DNA of 64,000 nucleotides from Octopus bimaculoides (lineage: Eukaryota). The notes below the pieces were generated by a model that searched no databases, was not told the DNA's origin, and saw only the letters and a list, made by a program, of their open reading frames with translations. Positions 51,001-64,000 of this stretch are shown one piece after another. A program made the position numbers and the translations under genes. Location: contig NC_068981.1 of NCBI RefSeq assembly GCF_001194135.2, positions 78,853,547 through 78,917,546 on the forward strand, read 5' to 3'. Each line of letters begins with the position of its first letter. The first letter of the stretch is position 1.

Positions 51001-52188
51001 CATTTTCAATATTGAGACTCTATCATGACTAACTTACATAACTAATAACTAAACAGATTTGGTTAACTTTAAAATTAAGAAGATTGTTCTTTAACAGTCT
51101 TCTTAACTAAAACATGAAATTTTTTCAAGGAAACATAAGTAGGCTATCTCGAGTGAATATAGATGGAGAGAAATTTTACACCAGTTGCAGCAAAAGTAAT
51201 GGTGTAACTGTCACTGTAAACAACTAAGAACTGTACAAGCCAAAGAAGGAAGCACTAGAATATCAGCTAACCTGCTAAAAATAGCAGCTAAATTTCCCTC
51301 AAATCATACCCAACTGTTTTCTTATATAAAGCAAAGACATATTATATGAAACATGTTATCATGTCCTTAACTATATGAAACAAGCTATCATATCCTTAAC
51401 AAGGAGGTTAATCACAGCTGGAATGTTGTTGACCATCATTAGCTGGAAGCCCTCCCTGTGAGCAGGGGTAGGCTTACCAAGACACTCCACTTACCTCTGT
51501 GTTGTCCTGCGTGCATACAATCAACCAGATTCCCATTTCCAGTCAATTCTTTGATGGTGTCATTCTACAATTATCTTTGGCAACCTCTTGATCTCTTCCC
51601 CTCCACACTTCCTATCAAGATGATCCATGGTACACTGTGTCCAAAATATGATACATTTATGGACTTTAATCTCAACAATACATGTTTCTTGGCTTTCAGC
51701 AGGCTTCTTTCAGTTTCCATCTACCAAATACACTAATAAGGCTTTGGTTGGCCCAGAGTTATACTAGAAGACACCTGCTTTGCATTGGGACTTTACCTAA
51801 AACCATGTACTTGTAAAGCAAACTCCCTACAACACAGCCACACTTGTACCTATATATGTGTGTGTGTGTGTGCGTGCACATGTGTTTGTGTGCATATGTG
51901 CATACACTCACTCTTCAATAAGATATTTATGGTGTTTTTTTTTTACATTATATAAAATATATCCAACATGTAAACACTTCAACTAAAGATGTGGAGAAAA
52001 TATTTCCAGCATAGCATAAGATTTATCTAATCAGTAAGTGGTTATCTTTAATAAGTGAAACACAAAACAGTAAAATTAAAAGAAAACAAATTTAATTCAT
52101 GACCGAAAATGATCCAAACTCATAATCCATAAAAGTATTAAATCTAATTTTAGATAATTTTCATTCTTAGACACGAGTGTGTGAGTGA

Positions 52189-52253
<65 letters not shown>

Positions 52254-52290
52254 CTAGCTGACATACCGGTAATTCCCGGGAAAGCGGGGC
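52254..52290 (-). mobile_element. Helitron 3' terminus (degenerate hairpin plus CTAG), abutting (TA)n; body may extend to about 52540
   Basis: Minus strand reads cccgggaattaccggtatgtcagCTAGt, a diverged version of the 59-88 terminus. Confidence 0.55.
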
Positions 52291-55200
52291 TTATCCCTTT
52301 GTTCTGTTCTCATAATTGTTTCGCTAATCCAGTCACAACAATACAAAACCCTTAAAACAGTTTTTGTGCATTTATTGAGAATACTGAACTGTCTTTCACA
52401 GGATCTTGTATTTAGGAATTCCCAATAAGTTATGAACACCCAAATTGTGAAGTCAATTATGTAATAACATGAAATTAATTACCCAATAATAAGAATTCAA
52501 ATAAACTAGTCCCGAAAAGGGCAGACGGTAGAACTTACCACAGTCCTCTTGTTTGCCAGCTCCAGCCAAACTGTCCAACCCAGGCCAGCCTGGGAGACAG
52601 ACAAAAAATGGTGATGTTTTTATCTATTTATCTATCTACACACACACACACACGCACACACACGCACACACACGTAAAACTTAAGTCAGTATTTGGCCTA
52701 GGCCCCATCCAAACTAAGAGCACCATCTGAGTTATGTATGCCAACCAATTATGAGAAACCAAGAAAGTCAGGTGTGTACAATTTATATGTTTTACTAGAA
52801 TATGTTACAATTTCACAATGATCCATGTGGAGCAAAAATATCTAATATTAAAACAGTAGCAATTAAATAAAACAGACATAAGTAATCATTGTTCTCACAG
52901 AAATGGAATATGTTAATTACAAATAATTAGTATTGATGATATAAAATCAGAACAATGAAGTCACTATTTCCATAGCCAGCTTTGATGAAAATGGCATGAC
53001 AAGACTACATGTAAGATAAATTACACAAAATATTTCTAATGACTCCAAAACAGAATATGCAACTGCTTTGAACAGAAAAAATTCAAGTTGAAAGATGTCA
53101 GATGTAGAAAGGTGGTGGTTAAGAAGGAGAGATTGCTTACAACAGTAATATAGAGCAAAGTACTCGAGCCTTAGTGATTCTTTAGATGAATGCATATTTA
53201 TAATTTCTGAAGCACATTGTTAGAAATCATATCACTTTCTGATAAAATCATATACAATCCATGAGTTAAACTTTTTAGACTGGCTAATCTAATTCCTAAG
53301 TTGGTTAGCATAAGAAACTAGAATCATGTCTTGCTTACAGATATAATACTGCAGACTGTGGACTTGTAATCCTCCTTCCCCATTTACCACACATTTGTAA
53401 GATCTCAGTGATAATCACATTTGCTCAACCCAGTCAATTAATGCTATTTTGTCCTGTGAAACAAAATATCCACATAGCCACTAAACCTGCAAGAAATAGT
53501 AGCCACATTTCTTCAAATCACACACAACTATTTTAATTAATTAAAAAAAGAAGGATTTATTGGTTAATGTAGTCCTAGGAATACAGAAAGAGTAGATTGG
53601 CCACAGCTAAGAATATCTTTGATCATATGTTCGCTGGACCAGGGCTAATCTGGGGTTAAACGACAACAAAGAGTTACATGTAAGAGACTGAACTCTACAT
53701 AACATATACAACTAGCAGGAAATATAATTAAAAGATTGTTTTGACACCTTTCTATTAACAAGTCAATTAAATCTTAATGTTATTCCTAAACCAACTAATG
53801 CATTGATTTCATACCATTTCTTGTCAAATAATGTTCTGCTAATGACAGTTATTGGAAAGGTTGTCACTACTGATGTTGTATAGCACTAATTGTTAGCTTA
53901 TGGATTTCAAAATAATAAATAATAACAACCACTAACTCAGCTTTTCCTAACTTTTTTAACAAATTATTTGAGTATCACATTGCAAACACTTACTTTATAA
54001 AACAATTTTATAAAATTTACTAGAACAGTTAGATTTTAATTAAAATTTGGTTGGAACAAATCTTGGACTTAAATTTATTTGAAGTAAAAAAAAAAAAACA
54101 CAGCTATAGCTTTGAATAAAGCAGTTTAATTTTAAACCTTTTCAACTGGCTCCTGTTGCAAATTCATGAAACTGGTAAACATCCTCAAACTTTTCACCTT
54201 TGCAATATTTTCTTTTCAGTTATCCAGTCAGTTAAATGCTGAGATCAAACTTATATTTCTGCTTACATATATCATGAGTAACTAGCATTCATCAAGTTCA
54301 AAATATTATACTGCAGACATATTAATCAATTATATTATCAGCATAACCACAGTGTGAAGAACATAACCACTTCCATAAATATATTATTGCAACTTATATG
54401 GTTTTGTTCTATTTTCCTTCCAACCTAATCAGAGCTATGTTATTTCAAAACTAATGTACAAAATGCTTCACAAGTAATTTTCTGTAATTTTCAAGACTCG
54501 CAGGCTTATTCACACTGACAAAGAAACTATATTCAAAACAGCAATAATATGATGGATGGAGGATAAATCTGACATACATCAAAACTGATCAATATTGTTA
54601 ATCAATCAAACTGAAAAGAAGGTAGATGGTCAGAATAGGACTCGTTAAATGTTTGATATGATAAAATCAATATGACTGCCATTAGTGATATTCTACGAGA
54701 AAGTACCTAGAATACATCAAAGATGTTTGATACTTTAATCAATTGAAGATAGTAACAATTATACATAGCATCAGAGAAGTGACCTTGATTAGTATAGAAT
54801 TAAGTAAGCAAGAAAGTAATGCTGCATAATGAGTGCAAATAATAGGTACACAAACCGTGCAGTGAAATTTTTGGCACACTGATTTGTGAAGCAGAATTTT
54901 AGGTACATCAGGTGCACTAAAATAGCAATGCACCGCAGACTATCAATTGTTCAAACAACTTGCTACATGTTTTGTTACTTAAATGGCAATTATTCCATGA
55001 AAAGTATACAGGTAAGGGTTAATAATAGGTGGGAGTTCAGTGTACTATACAAGGCATGTGTAAGAAGTTTGAAGCTCTATAAAGTAGTGAATGAAAAAGG
55101 ATTCACAATTTAATTTATTAGATATACAATGTTAGCTAACAAGAAAAGTTAACACAAACTGAAAAAAAAATGAATATGAAAGACTTTGGCCCATGCTTGT

Positions 55201-55561
55201 AGCAGTAACAATTAAACAGCTATAAGCATGTAATGTAAATGGATACATGCTGAATGTATTGCACTGCAATCTTGTGAGAGTGACATTCATTTATTTGCCT
55301 CAAAGTATCACACTTCATCACAACAAAAGGATTATCACAACACTGGGACTGCCATAGGAAATCTGCTCTCAATTGCATCAGTGCAGCTACTTACATAGTT
55401 CTCTAGATAACTTGTTCTTTGCAGAACCATCAAACCTATGCAAAAATAGAGGAAAATATATGTGTGTGCATACATTATCAATGATAGAATTTCTTCTCTG
55501 ACTTTACATGAAACCAGGGTTAAGCAATGTCCTTTTGAAGCCAGTGGCTGTGCAGCTTTAA

Positions 55562-55781
55562 CCCTTTAGTGTTTAAACCGGCCATATCTGGCCAAGATAT
55601 TCTACATGTTTTATATTTAAACTGGCCATATCTAGCCTCTCACACTTAACCTACATTGACATTCTCAAAATAAACAATCACATCATTGAAACATCAAAGC
55701 TATAAGATAATGCATGATTAATTTAAAACAATTTGAGTGAAAAAGTATTACATTTAACAGAGTTATCTGAACACTAAAGGG
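55562..55781. mobile_element. piggyBac-like MITE, best-preserved copy (220 bp)
   Basis: TTAA|CCCTTTAGTGTT ... AACACTAAAGGG|TTAA: perfect 12-bp TIR with TTAA at 55558-55561 and 55782-55785. Confidence 0.88.
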
Positions 55782-57732
55782 TTAATAAGAGTCCATAAAT
55801 AATGGCACAACTCTAGGAGTAGCACGATCAGGTTTTATCAGCATAATTAATGAAAAATTGATTAGTCACAATGTTCAAGTTGTTAAAGTGGTTTTTAGAT
55901 TAACACTAAGTATCACTAATTTCATATTTATTCAAGCAAACACACCACAGTAGAATATAATATTCCTTTACAAATCTGCAGAATGCCAAGACAAAAAACT
56001 GAACTTTGAAATCCTTTAAAACAGAATTCTGGAGTTGTCATTGAATAACAGACACCCTCAAGAATATTCTCACAGTGCAGACATAGAAAACAGGAGCCAA
56101 ATTATATTAGTTTGGTATCAATGTGCTTCTACTTAGTTTTCTATAGGTCAGATATGAGAAAAAGATTCAAACATTTCCTATATGTTACAATTATAGAAAC
56201 AATGATCTAAAATGTTTATAGTACTGAGTCAAAAAGAATTATTGGCACAGAGGTGAACACGAAATTGGATTGATAAGAGTTAGATTTAATGACGATTTAG
56301 AGGGTTAGGATAGGCTGTCTAGATTTTAAGAAAGCAGGACTAATTTTGGGTTAAACAATAGAGAATATAGGTTTTATGAATCATGGCAAATTTTTGTTTG
56401 AACTGAAATAGTATTAAAAATATTGAACTAAAATAGCATTATCATTAGCTATAATCATTTGTTCCACCAGAAAAATATTTATGGTTAACTTTTTAGGAAA
56501 ACAATCAGCAGAGATATAAAGTTAATAACATAAACAAGCACAGGATCATGAAGAGAAAAAGTGAACTGAAAAAAAAGGTGACTATATATGTTGGATATTA
56601 CAAATATCAGTTTCAGATGGACAACAACATACATATCTATCACTTGCTAAGAGACTACATAATTAATTACACAATAGAATAACTGCTATCTTACCTTTTC
56701 TAGGTACTATAAAATTTACGTTAAATAATTACAGTTAATTGATGAAAGTATATTTTGAATGATTAAAAATGACTCAATTACAGGGTAATTTATAATGGAA
56801 ACAATTTAATTTCATAAAAGAGATAAACCAAAGTAGAGGGAATACTTTAATTTCGACAGGGACCTCTCTAGTGCTAGGAGCGTAATAAAATGCTGTAAAA
56901 TATTTGGTGATAAGGACATCACAATACAAAAACCTTGCCAAAAGTAACAAAGGAACAAATAGAGAAAGTGTAAAGAAGATTTGTTAATCTCAAACGGACA
57001 ACCTGTGTATCGCCAGTGGTATGATAAAGTGTACCCATTCACAATACATAGAGAGGTTGGTGACAAGAAGTTCATTAAATACATAGAGCTAGATGGGTTT
57101 TTTTCCTCTACTGCTATGTGTACCAGATGGTATTGGACTGTGGCAAATAGTGAGAGTGACATTTTTCCAACCCATGCAAGCATGGACAAACATGTATATG
57201 ATGGTGATGATGATGACAATAATGACGATAGCTAAGCAAAACAAGAACTATAAAATAAGCATCTCTGGTATTTGTGTGCCATAATATTTAATGATGGATT
57301 GAATCTAACTTTGTTACATACTTAATTCCAATGTTTATAAATGTTTTAAATAATACATTTTGAATCATGTTGAAATACCTAATGTACAAAATTATTTTTA
57401 AACTGATTCTAGAAATAATACAGAATAACAAAACAACTTCTTGAATGAACATTCCTAATGATGTCTTGGTAAATGCTAATTTACTCTTCGATTATTTTAG
57501 ATAAGCTTCTTAAATATTGGCAACATCCATTAACCTTTAGCTTACTGTACGTAGTCCAGTTACTTCTTCGCGTATAGAAACCCCAATAGGTCAAAGACCT
57601 GGAGAAGGAATTTTCAAATGCCATATACAAAAGAATAATAAACTTAATAAACTGGAATGGGTCAATAACAGTTTATAAATGATAAACCAAGTTTCTTTAT
57701 CACGTGAAAAATTGTTATATAGAGAAAATATT

Positions 57733-58296
57733 GGATCTTTTTTAAAACGGGGGCCACATTTTTCATTAATGTTTTACGTAGTGTTTTTGGTACCGAAAGA
57801 CTTTCAAACTTCGTATACTTATCTATAATTTATTTCATGTAAAAAGAATTTATTTCATGTAAAAAATTGTCTTATTTCGATAATTTCAACCAATCACTGA
57901 CAAGTATTCAGTTGTTTACATTTACTCCTTTGGCTGATTAAGCCATAGCTTCGTTTTATTTGCTTTTTTCATTTTCTTTTCTTTTTCTTCGTTTTATTTG
58001 CTTTTTTCTTTTTAAATTTGCTGTTTTACCCTAACCCTAACCCTATCACCGATAGAATTGTTTCAGAATCGTTTGTTTATGTAGTCGGGACTTAATGTAT
58101 ATCGGCTGAATGGACGTCAGTGATTGGTTGAAATTACAGAAATACGACAACTTTAACATGGAATAACTTAGGGATTTCTTTTTTTTTTTAAGAAGACTAA
58201 GAGAAAAAGATGTTTTATATGACACATTCTACCAATGTTTCAAGTTTCAAAGTGTTTCGTTAATGAAAAATGTGGCCCCCGTTTTAAAAAAGATCC
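57733..58296. mobile_element. Merlin-like MITE (564 bp) with 8-bp TSD
   Basis: Perfect 37-bp TIR GGATCTTTTTTAAAACGGGGGCCACATTTTTCATTAA; AAAATATT duplicated at 57725-57732 and 58297-58304; further imperfect inverted similarity inside. The superfamily call rests on GG termini plus the 8-bp TSD. Confidence 0.8.
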
Positions 58297-58700
58297 AAAA
58301 TATTTATTTATTCAGAATAGTATTGCATTGTAAAATAGAATAAGATGTTTTAGAACAGAAAGCCACTACAATGCAAGATAGAAAGAAAGGAGTGAAAACA
58401 ACAACAAAATAGAAGCAATGGTTTCCACTTTCATTTTATAATTCAACAGATTTGGTTTAAACACCTCTTATCAAGAGAAAAATAGAAGGTATACAAGCTA
58501 GCTTCATTCTGCACAAATCAGAAATAATGAACCAGCTATTTTTCAAATGTTAACATGTGCAGAATGATTTCGATAAATCAGTCAACCAGTTCATGTTGAT
58601 TGTTGATGGGTCTTCACTTGGAAAATGCTTGCCTGGAAGTCAACCACACACTACAACAAAGTATACAAACTAGCTAACTGCCCACTCAAATTTGAGGATA

Positions 58701-58995
58701 CAGTAATCCCTTGACTATTGAAGGTGTTACATTCCAAAACCTCCCACAGAAATAATTAAAATCTAAAAAAATATAATACCTATCGGCCGCAGAAACCCGT
58801 GATATACTGAGGAGTCCGGAATATAAATTTACATAAATTAGCCAGAAAAATCTGCGATGTATTGAGCGTGCGATAGGTGAACAGCAATGTACTGAGTGCA
58901 TGATAGGTGAACCACAATGTACTGAGTGCGCGATAAGTGAACCACGATGTACTGGGTGCACGATAGGTGAACTGCAATATGATCAGGGATTACTG
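58701..58995. mobile_element. Tigger-like MITE (295 bp, TA TSD) containing a 4 x 30-bp tandem array (58856-58975)
   Basis: TA|CAGTAATCCCT...AGGGATTACTG|TA; array unit close to RATGTACTGAGTGCRCGATAGGTGAACCAC. Confidence 0.85.
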
Positions 58996-60090
58996 TATAT
59001 TTTTATGGGCCAACATGTTGTTAACGCTTAATATATATGTAATGAACTTTACATCAGGAGCACTATTTGAAAACTGTATATTTTATATTAAAGAAAACAG
59101 TCATATAAATATTTTCTGCATTAAACATCAGAATATCACAGTCACTATGAAATCCTCAGAACAGAATATTGGAGATTTAAAAGTTAAAGAAGCTAACCTT
59201 CTTAATAAACTCTATCCATACACCAATAATATGTATAAAATGAATAATACTGATTGGTTGATGTAATTAACACCAGTTAGCACATGTTACAACATTCCTT
59301 CTCTCAGTATGTTGGTAATTGAATGTCTTATTATTTGAGATCAGTGTAGAATGGAGCTAGCTTGAGGTATTTTTCAAATTATTGAAATATATGATAAGAG
59401 TATAAACCATTATTTTGCATTTTTCTTCAATCCTTTTATTTCCAACATGCTTCCTGAAACATTTTAACTATTTAATATGCAAGTAATCTTCATTAATAAT
59501 TTAAATTATACTGTAATTATCGTTTTTGTTTTGTTTTAAGTGTTTACAGCTGTTTTTCTCAATCAAACATAATTCTGAAAATAAGAATATTTTCAGAATT
59601 ATGTTTGATTGAGAAAAACAGCTGTAACATGTGCTAACAGGTGAAAATTCTACACATATATTCCACAGAAGCAAAGAGGGAAGTGTAGGTCTCTCTACAA
59701 CAAGGATGAAAAAGACCATATTATAGTGTGCAAATCTCCGGTTATATATAGATGGTCTAAGTCTATACAGCAAAACAAAAAATAGAAGCAGTTATTTTAA
59801 ATAGATGAATAAGTATACTCTGCATAATTTATTCAAAATATATGTAAACAAACTCACACAGGAGGGAGAAAAATGAGGGAGATACTTTTTAAGTATTTAT
59901 GCTGAATTACACGGTCATTTTTCATACATATATTCCAACAATTACTTTCCATTTATTACTGATGATTCTTAAAACTTAGATACATTGAGATATATTTCTT
60001 ATTTTCCTTTTTGTAGCTTTCCTTTAGCTACATGCATAAATAAAATGACAACTTTTTTTTCTTTTAACTGATTGGTATACTATGGGACGT

Positions 60091-60480
60091 GGAGGCGCAA
60101 TGGCCCAGTGGTTAGAGCAGCAGACTCGCAGTCATAGGATCGCGGTTTCGATTCCCAGACCGGGCGTTGTGAGTGTTTATTGAGCGAAAACACCTAAAGC
60201 TCCTCGAGGCTCCAGCAGGGGATGGTGGCAAACCCTGCTGTACTCTTTCACCACAACTTTCTCTCACTCTTACTTCTTGTTTCTGTTGTGCCTGTAATTC
60301 AAAGGGTCAGCCTTGTCACACTGTGTCACGCTTAATATCCCCGAGAACTACGTTAAAGGGTACCCATGTCTGTGGAGTGCTCAGCCACTTGCACGTTAAT
60401 TTCACGAGCAGGCTGTTCCGTTGATCGGATCAACTGGAACCCTCGACGTCGTAAGCGACGGAGTGCCAACAACAACAACA
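60091..60480 (+). mobile_element. Full-length tRNA-derived SINE with (CAA)n tail
   Basis: Head GGAGGCGCAATGGCCCAGTGGTTAGAGC (A-box) and GGTTTCGATTCCC (B-box); no tRNA acceptor-stem closure; body shared with 8358-8702. Confidence 0.9.
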
Positions 60481-62096
60481 ATACTATGGGACAAAATGCA
60501 GTGCTTTGTTGAAAGAGATAGCATAACAACAGTGATTCCAGTCTATTTATTCTCTGTACTGAAGAAAAAGAATGCAAAAAGTCATGCTTCAAAGAAAAAT
60601 CATTTTAAACCATACTAAAATGAATCCGCCGGGCAAAATTTTCAATAATCAAGACTACCACTGAGACAGTAAAACTGCACTTTCTCCAAATTACTTAAAA
60701 TTGTTTCTTTGTCTTGGGTTTTTCATGTTTTTTTTTGTTAGATTCTTTTACACATTAATTAGTCATAAAAACTTTTAGAGTTTCTATGAGATTTAATTTT
60801 TTTAAGCCATCTGAAAATATAAGTGGTGAGAGAAAATTAAGTATGACATATAATTATTAATAATTGGCAAGTGTTCTTAATGAGAATAATTGTCTTCGGT
60901 TGAGTGTGATTTAGTATAATGAGAGGAAATTATTGCATGCTACGATAACTAGATAGGTCTTAAGTGACTCCTGCTCTAAAAGTCTGATTTTTATCAAAAT
61001 AACAACAAAAATCTCTTTCCACTGTAATCTTGTCTTATGTTCCAGTGAGAGGAGTTATTGACATAATACAGGTTGATCAGTCTATCTTGTGCTCCACTTA
61101 CTTAACACTTGTGGTTTGCTTTATCAGTATACTGGTAAAGAAAGAACATGATAATGATTCTTAGAACTCTTAGATTGCAGAAGTTGCTATTGTGCAACAC
61201 TAAGTCAGCCCTGATCAAGCAAACATGTAGCATGTGACAGCTGATTAAAAAACCTAAACAGAAACACCAGATCCAGTGTTTTAGATTAACCATGTCTCTG
61301 CCTAACAGATCTGATTGGCATAAACTAAAGAGCACAAAAATAGTAATGGTTAGTGTCCAGTGATAAAATATAGGAACATAAAGAGTACTAAAGAACAAAA
61401 AATTCCCAGTGAGAGAGCAGGGTAACACAAGCGAAGAGAACCAAAACAAGCTGATTGATTGGGATTTAAGACTTACATTAACCCTTTAGCATTTAAACCA
61501 GTTATATCCTACCATGCAATGTCATTCTAAAAATTAAGCAATCACATTTATGCAATCTTGAAACTACAAGCTAATACTTGATTAATTAAAAAAATATATA
61601 AATAAATAAGCATTACATTTGGCAAAGTAATCTGAATGTTAAAGGACTAAGGGACAATTTACCCCTTATGAATTACCTTTTTTTCTGAATATAATCAAAG
61701 ACACTAATGACAGAAAGACTTGTCTTCCCAAATAGCAGCAACCCCCCCACCCCCTAGAAGTGAAGCTTAATGCTAAGGAGTAGCATTCATTCCAACATTT
61801 TCTGAAGATGATGACCTCCAACATATGTCATATAAAAATATTAATTTCAAGGTTATCCTTTTTGGCTTACTAGATCTTTGAGCTGATAGTAAGGCCTGGC
61901 CATATTAACTAGAGAAATATGAGTTGTAATTCTTGAGCTTGAGAAATGCATGAGGTAGAGTGCGTGCGTGCATGCGTGTGGTTGCATAGGAACAAATTTG
62001 AACTCAGAGAGTAAAGACAGATGAAATACCACTAAGCATTTCACCCAGCGTGCTAATGACTGCCAGCTCACCACCTTAAAGCATGGTATTATCAGC

Positions 62097-62400
62097 ACAT
62101 GAATGTGTATTGTTGTAGGTGAAAGAAAATAGGTTGTTGACATAGAGAGGGAAGAATGTAAGGGACAAAACAGAACCTTAGGGTGCACTAGAGTTGATAT
62201 AGTGTTGGTCAGAAGGATTCTATCAGTATACCATGAAATAGTGCTATCAGACAAGACATCAACTGGAGAAGTGAGACACAGCTGGAGTTCTTTTACAGGT
62301 AGTATTGCAAGGTGATTCCCTCGCCAGTCACAATAGAATATTTTACTGATATCAACTTTTAGCAAATTTCTCATGAGCAAAGATCCACAAATGAATAAGT
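62097..62400 (-). pseudogene. Decayed non-LTR (Jockey/L2/I-like) reverse transcriptase fragment
   Basis: KVDISKIFYCDWRGNHLAILP resembles LDISKAFDRVWH..LLAKLP, and NSSAP*GSVLSLTFFPLYVNNLFSFTYNNTHSC resembles NSGVPQGSVLSPTLFLLYINDL...IHSYADD. Confidence 0.65.
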
Positions 62401-64000
62401 CTTCCATACATCTTGCATTACAAACTGAACTGGTAATCATTAAGGAAGTATCAAATTCATTTTCCTCTAAATTTGCAAATGTTAAGTAGCTTTTATTATC
62501 AGCTGATTTCTATACAGAACAGGAAATGCATCAAGTAAATTATAAACATAAATTTATTGTTTCTGACATAAATAGAAGCCCAAACTTTAGGGGCAAGAGA
62601 ACAGTTGATTATATCAACCCCAATACTTTGTTCTACCAGCCCCAGAATGATGAAAGGCAAATTAAACCTCAGCAAGATTAGAATATAAAGCATTTAGTCT
62701 GATACTCTAATGATTCTACCAATAATAACCATCATCATCAACATATAATTTCCCATACTTGCATAGGCCAGACAAAATTCATTAAGACAGATTGCCAACA
62801 GCCAGATGTTCTTTCTGTAACCTTGGCTCCAAGCAAGTTTATGTTTCAAGTCCTTTGAGTCAGGAACAGCACAGTGGTTAAGCATTTTTTTACAGAAGAT
62901 TATAAATAAATGACACTGCTTGCATAACAATGAAGCTTGTTTACAATTGGTACTCAAAGTCAAGTAAAGGAGATACAAACATGCATGCATGTGCAAACAC
63001 ACTTTCTCACTCACAAACACAAGCACGCATTCACACACACACACCACAAGTGTTTTTCAGCTTTCATCTATCAAGTCCACTAGCAAGGCTTTGACTGACC
63101 TGAAACTACATGGTTGTGAAGCAAACTTCTTAACCAAATAACCAATCTGCACTTAATATAAATTATTAATACATTAAGATAATCACTACATCATGAACCT
63201 TTTTTCATTTATTATTGTGTTTTTTACAAAGTCATACTATTTCATTAACGAATACCCTGATTGTGTTTCTTTATTTATTTTTTTAATCAACTCAACCAAA
63301 CTTTTCTATTGCACTACTATAATCTAGCCTTTAACTAGATAAATGCAACAATATACATTTCAAAGTATATTTTCTGATGAAATAAATGTCTTGTCAATCA
63401 TAGACAAATTCTTTTTTGCTTTGGTTTTTAATTTCCATGAAAAAAATACTTATAAAATTACCACAGTATTAGTGTAACAAATACATCATTTATTTAAAAA
63501 GCATAAAATTGAAGGATTGCTCTTACAACTTCTTGCTTCATTACATGAATTTATATTCAGTGTATTTGTTTCATTATATATATTTATATTTTTGCCAATA
63601 ATATTCATGCAGCAACATGATAAAGCAAATAAATGTTAACTTAAGGCTCTTATCTAAACATCATTATCATCTTCATCATTTCACATCCGTTTTTCAAATA
63701 CTGGCAATGAGTTGACTAATTATATTTTGTTATCAGCCAACAAACTAAAGCTAATTCCCTGAGTGTATGGGCAAAGGTTATTGTACTAACATTATTTTTA
63801 TGTTAAACCGATAACATCTTGAGATGGCTATGGACAAAGGATATTTGAAAATGAAACAAGTTTACCTTGTTCACTGCTATTATAAAGTACTAAGTCTTTA
63901 CCTGTTACTACACATATTTGTTAATCATGCATATACATTCTTTTAACAGTGGACAGTTCTATAGTGAAAGTTTTGTTAGTTACTATGGTGACAAGTCCAC

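Noticed and set aside
58856-58975. CRISPR-like appearance of regularly spaced 30-bp units
   Set aside because: Units are contiguous with no unique spacers, lie inside a eukaryotic MITE, and there are no cas genes.
60091-60165. tRNA gene candidates here, at 23496-23579 and at other SINE heads
   Set aside because: A and B boxes are present, but the acceptor stems do not close and the sequences run into repeat bodies: SINE heads, not tRNA genes.
61795-61845. CTGAAGA followed by an ATGAC/GTCAT stem, resembling another hammerhead
   Set aside because: GAAA-C and the cleavage triplet are missing and stem I cannot be formed convincingly.
61853-62440. 195-aa ORF as a host gene
   Set aside because: Composite of a decayed LINE RT fragment and a SINE head.

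Overview
AT-rich, microsatellite-rich eukaryotic DNA with six assembly gaps. The repeat landscape (tRNA-derived SINEs, RTE LINEs, (TA)n/(TG)n/(TAA)n tracts) looks like an octopus/cephalopod draft scaffold; this is an inference, not a database match. No intact protein-coding gene or RNA gene can be identified. A few short, splice-flanked segments on the minus strand may be exons of a long-intron host gene. Recognisable coding material is decayed transposon sequence: an RTE-type LINE (11.4-14.75 kb), a Ty3/Gypsy fragment with PBS (38.0-39.9 kb), an R4/Dong-like LINE 3' end (39.9-40.8 kb), a Penelope-like RT/GIY-YIG remnant (29.4-30.4 kb), and mariner, hAT and other LINE-RT scraps. Non-autonomous MITEs with clear TIR/TSD signatures (piggyBac-, pogo/Tigger- and Merlin-like) and Helitron 3' ends are also present. 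The most interesting object is at 23289-23771: a tRNA-Ser-like Pol III head joined through (TAA)n to a tail carrying a minimal type I hammerhead ribozyme of the Penelope type, with an inverted copy of that tail upstream. It is a candidate Penelope-mobilised, ribozyme-bearing SINE.
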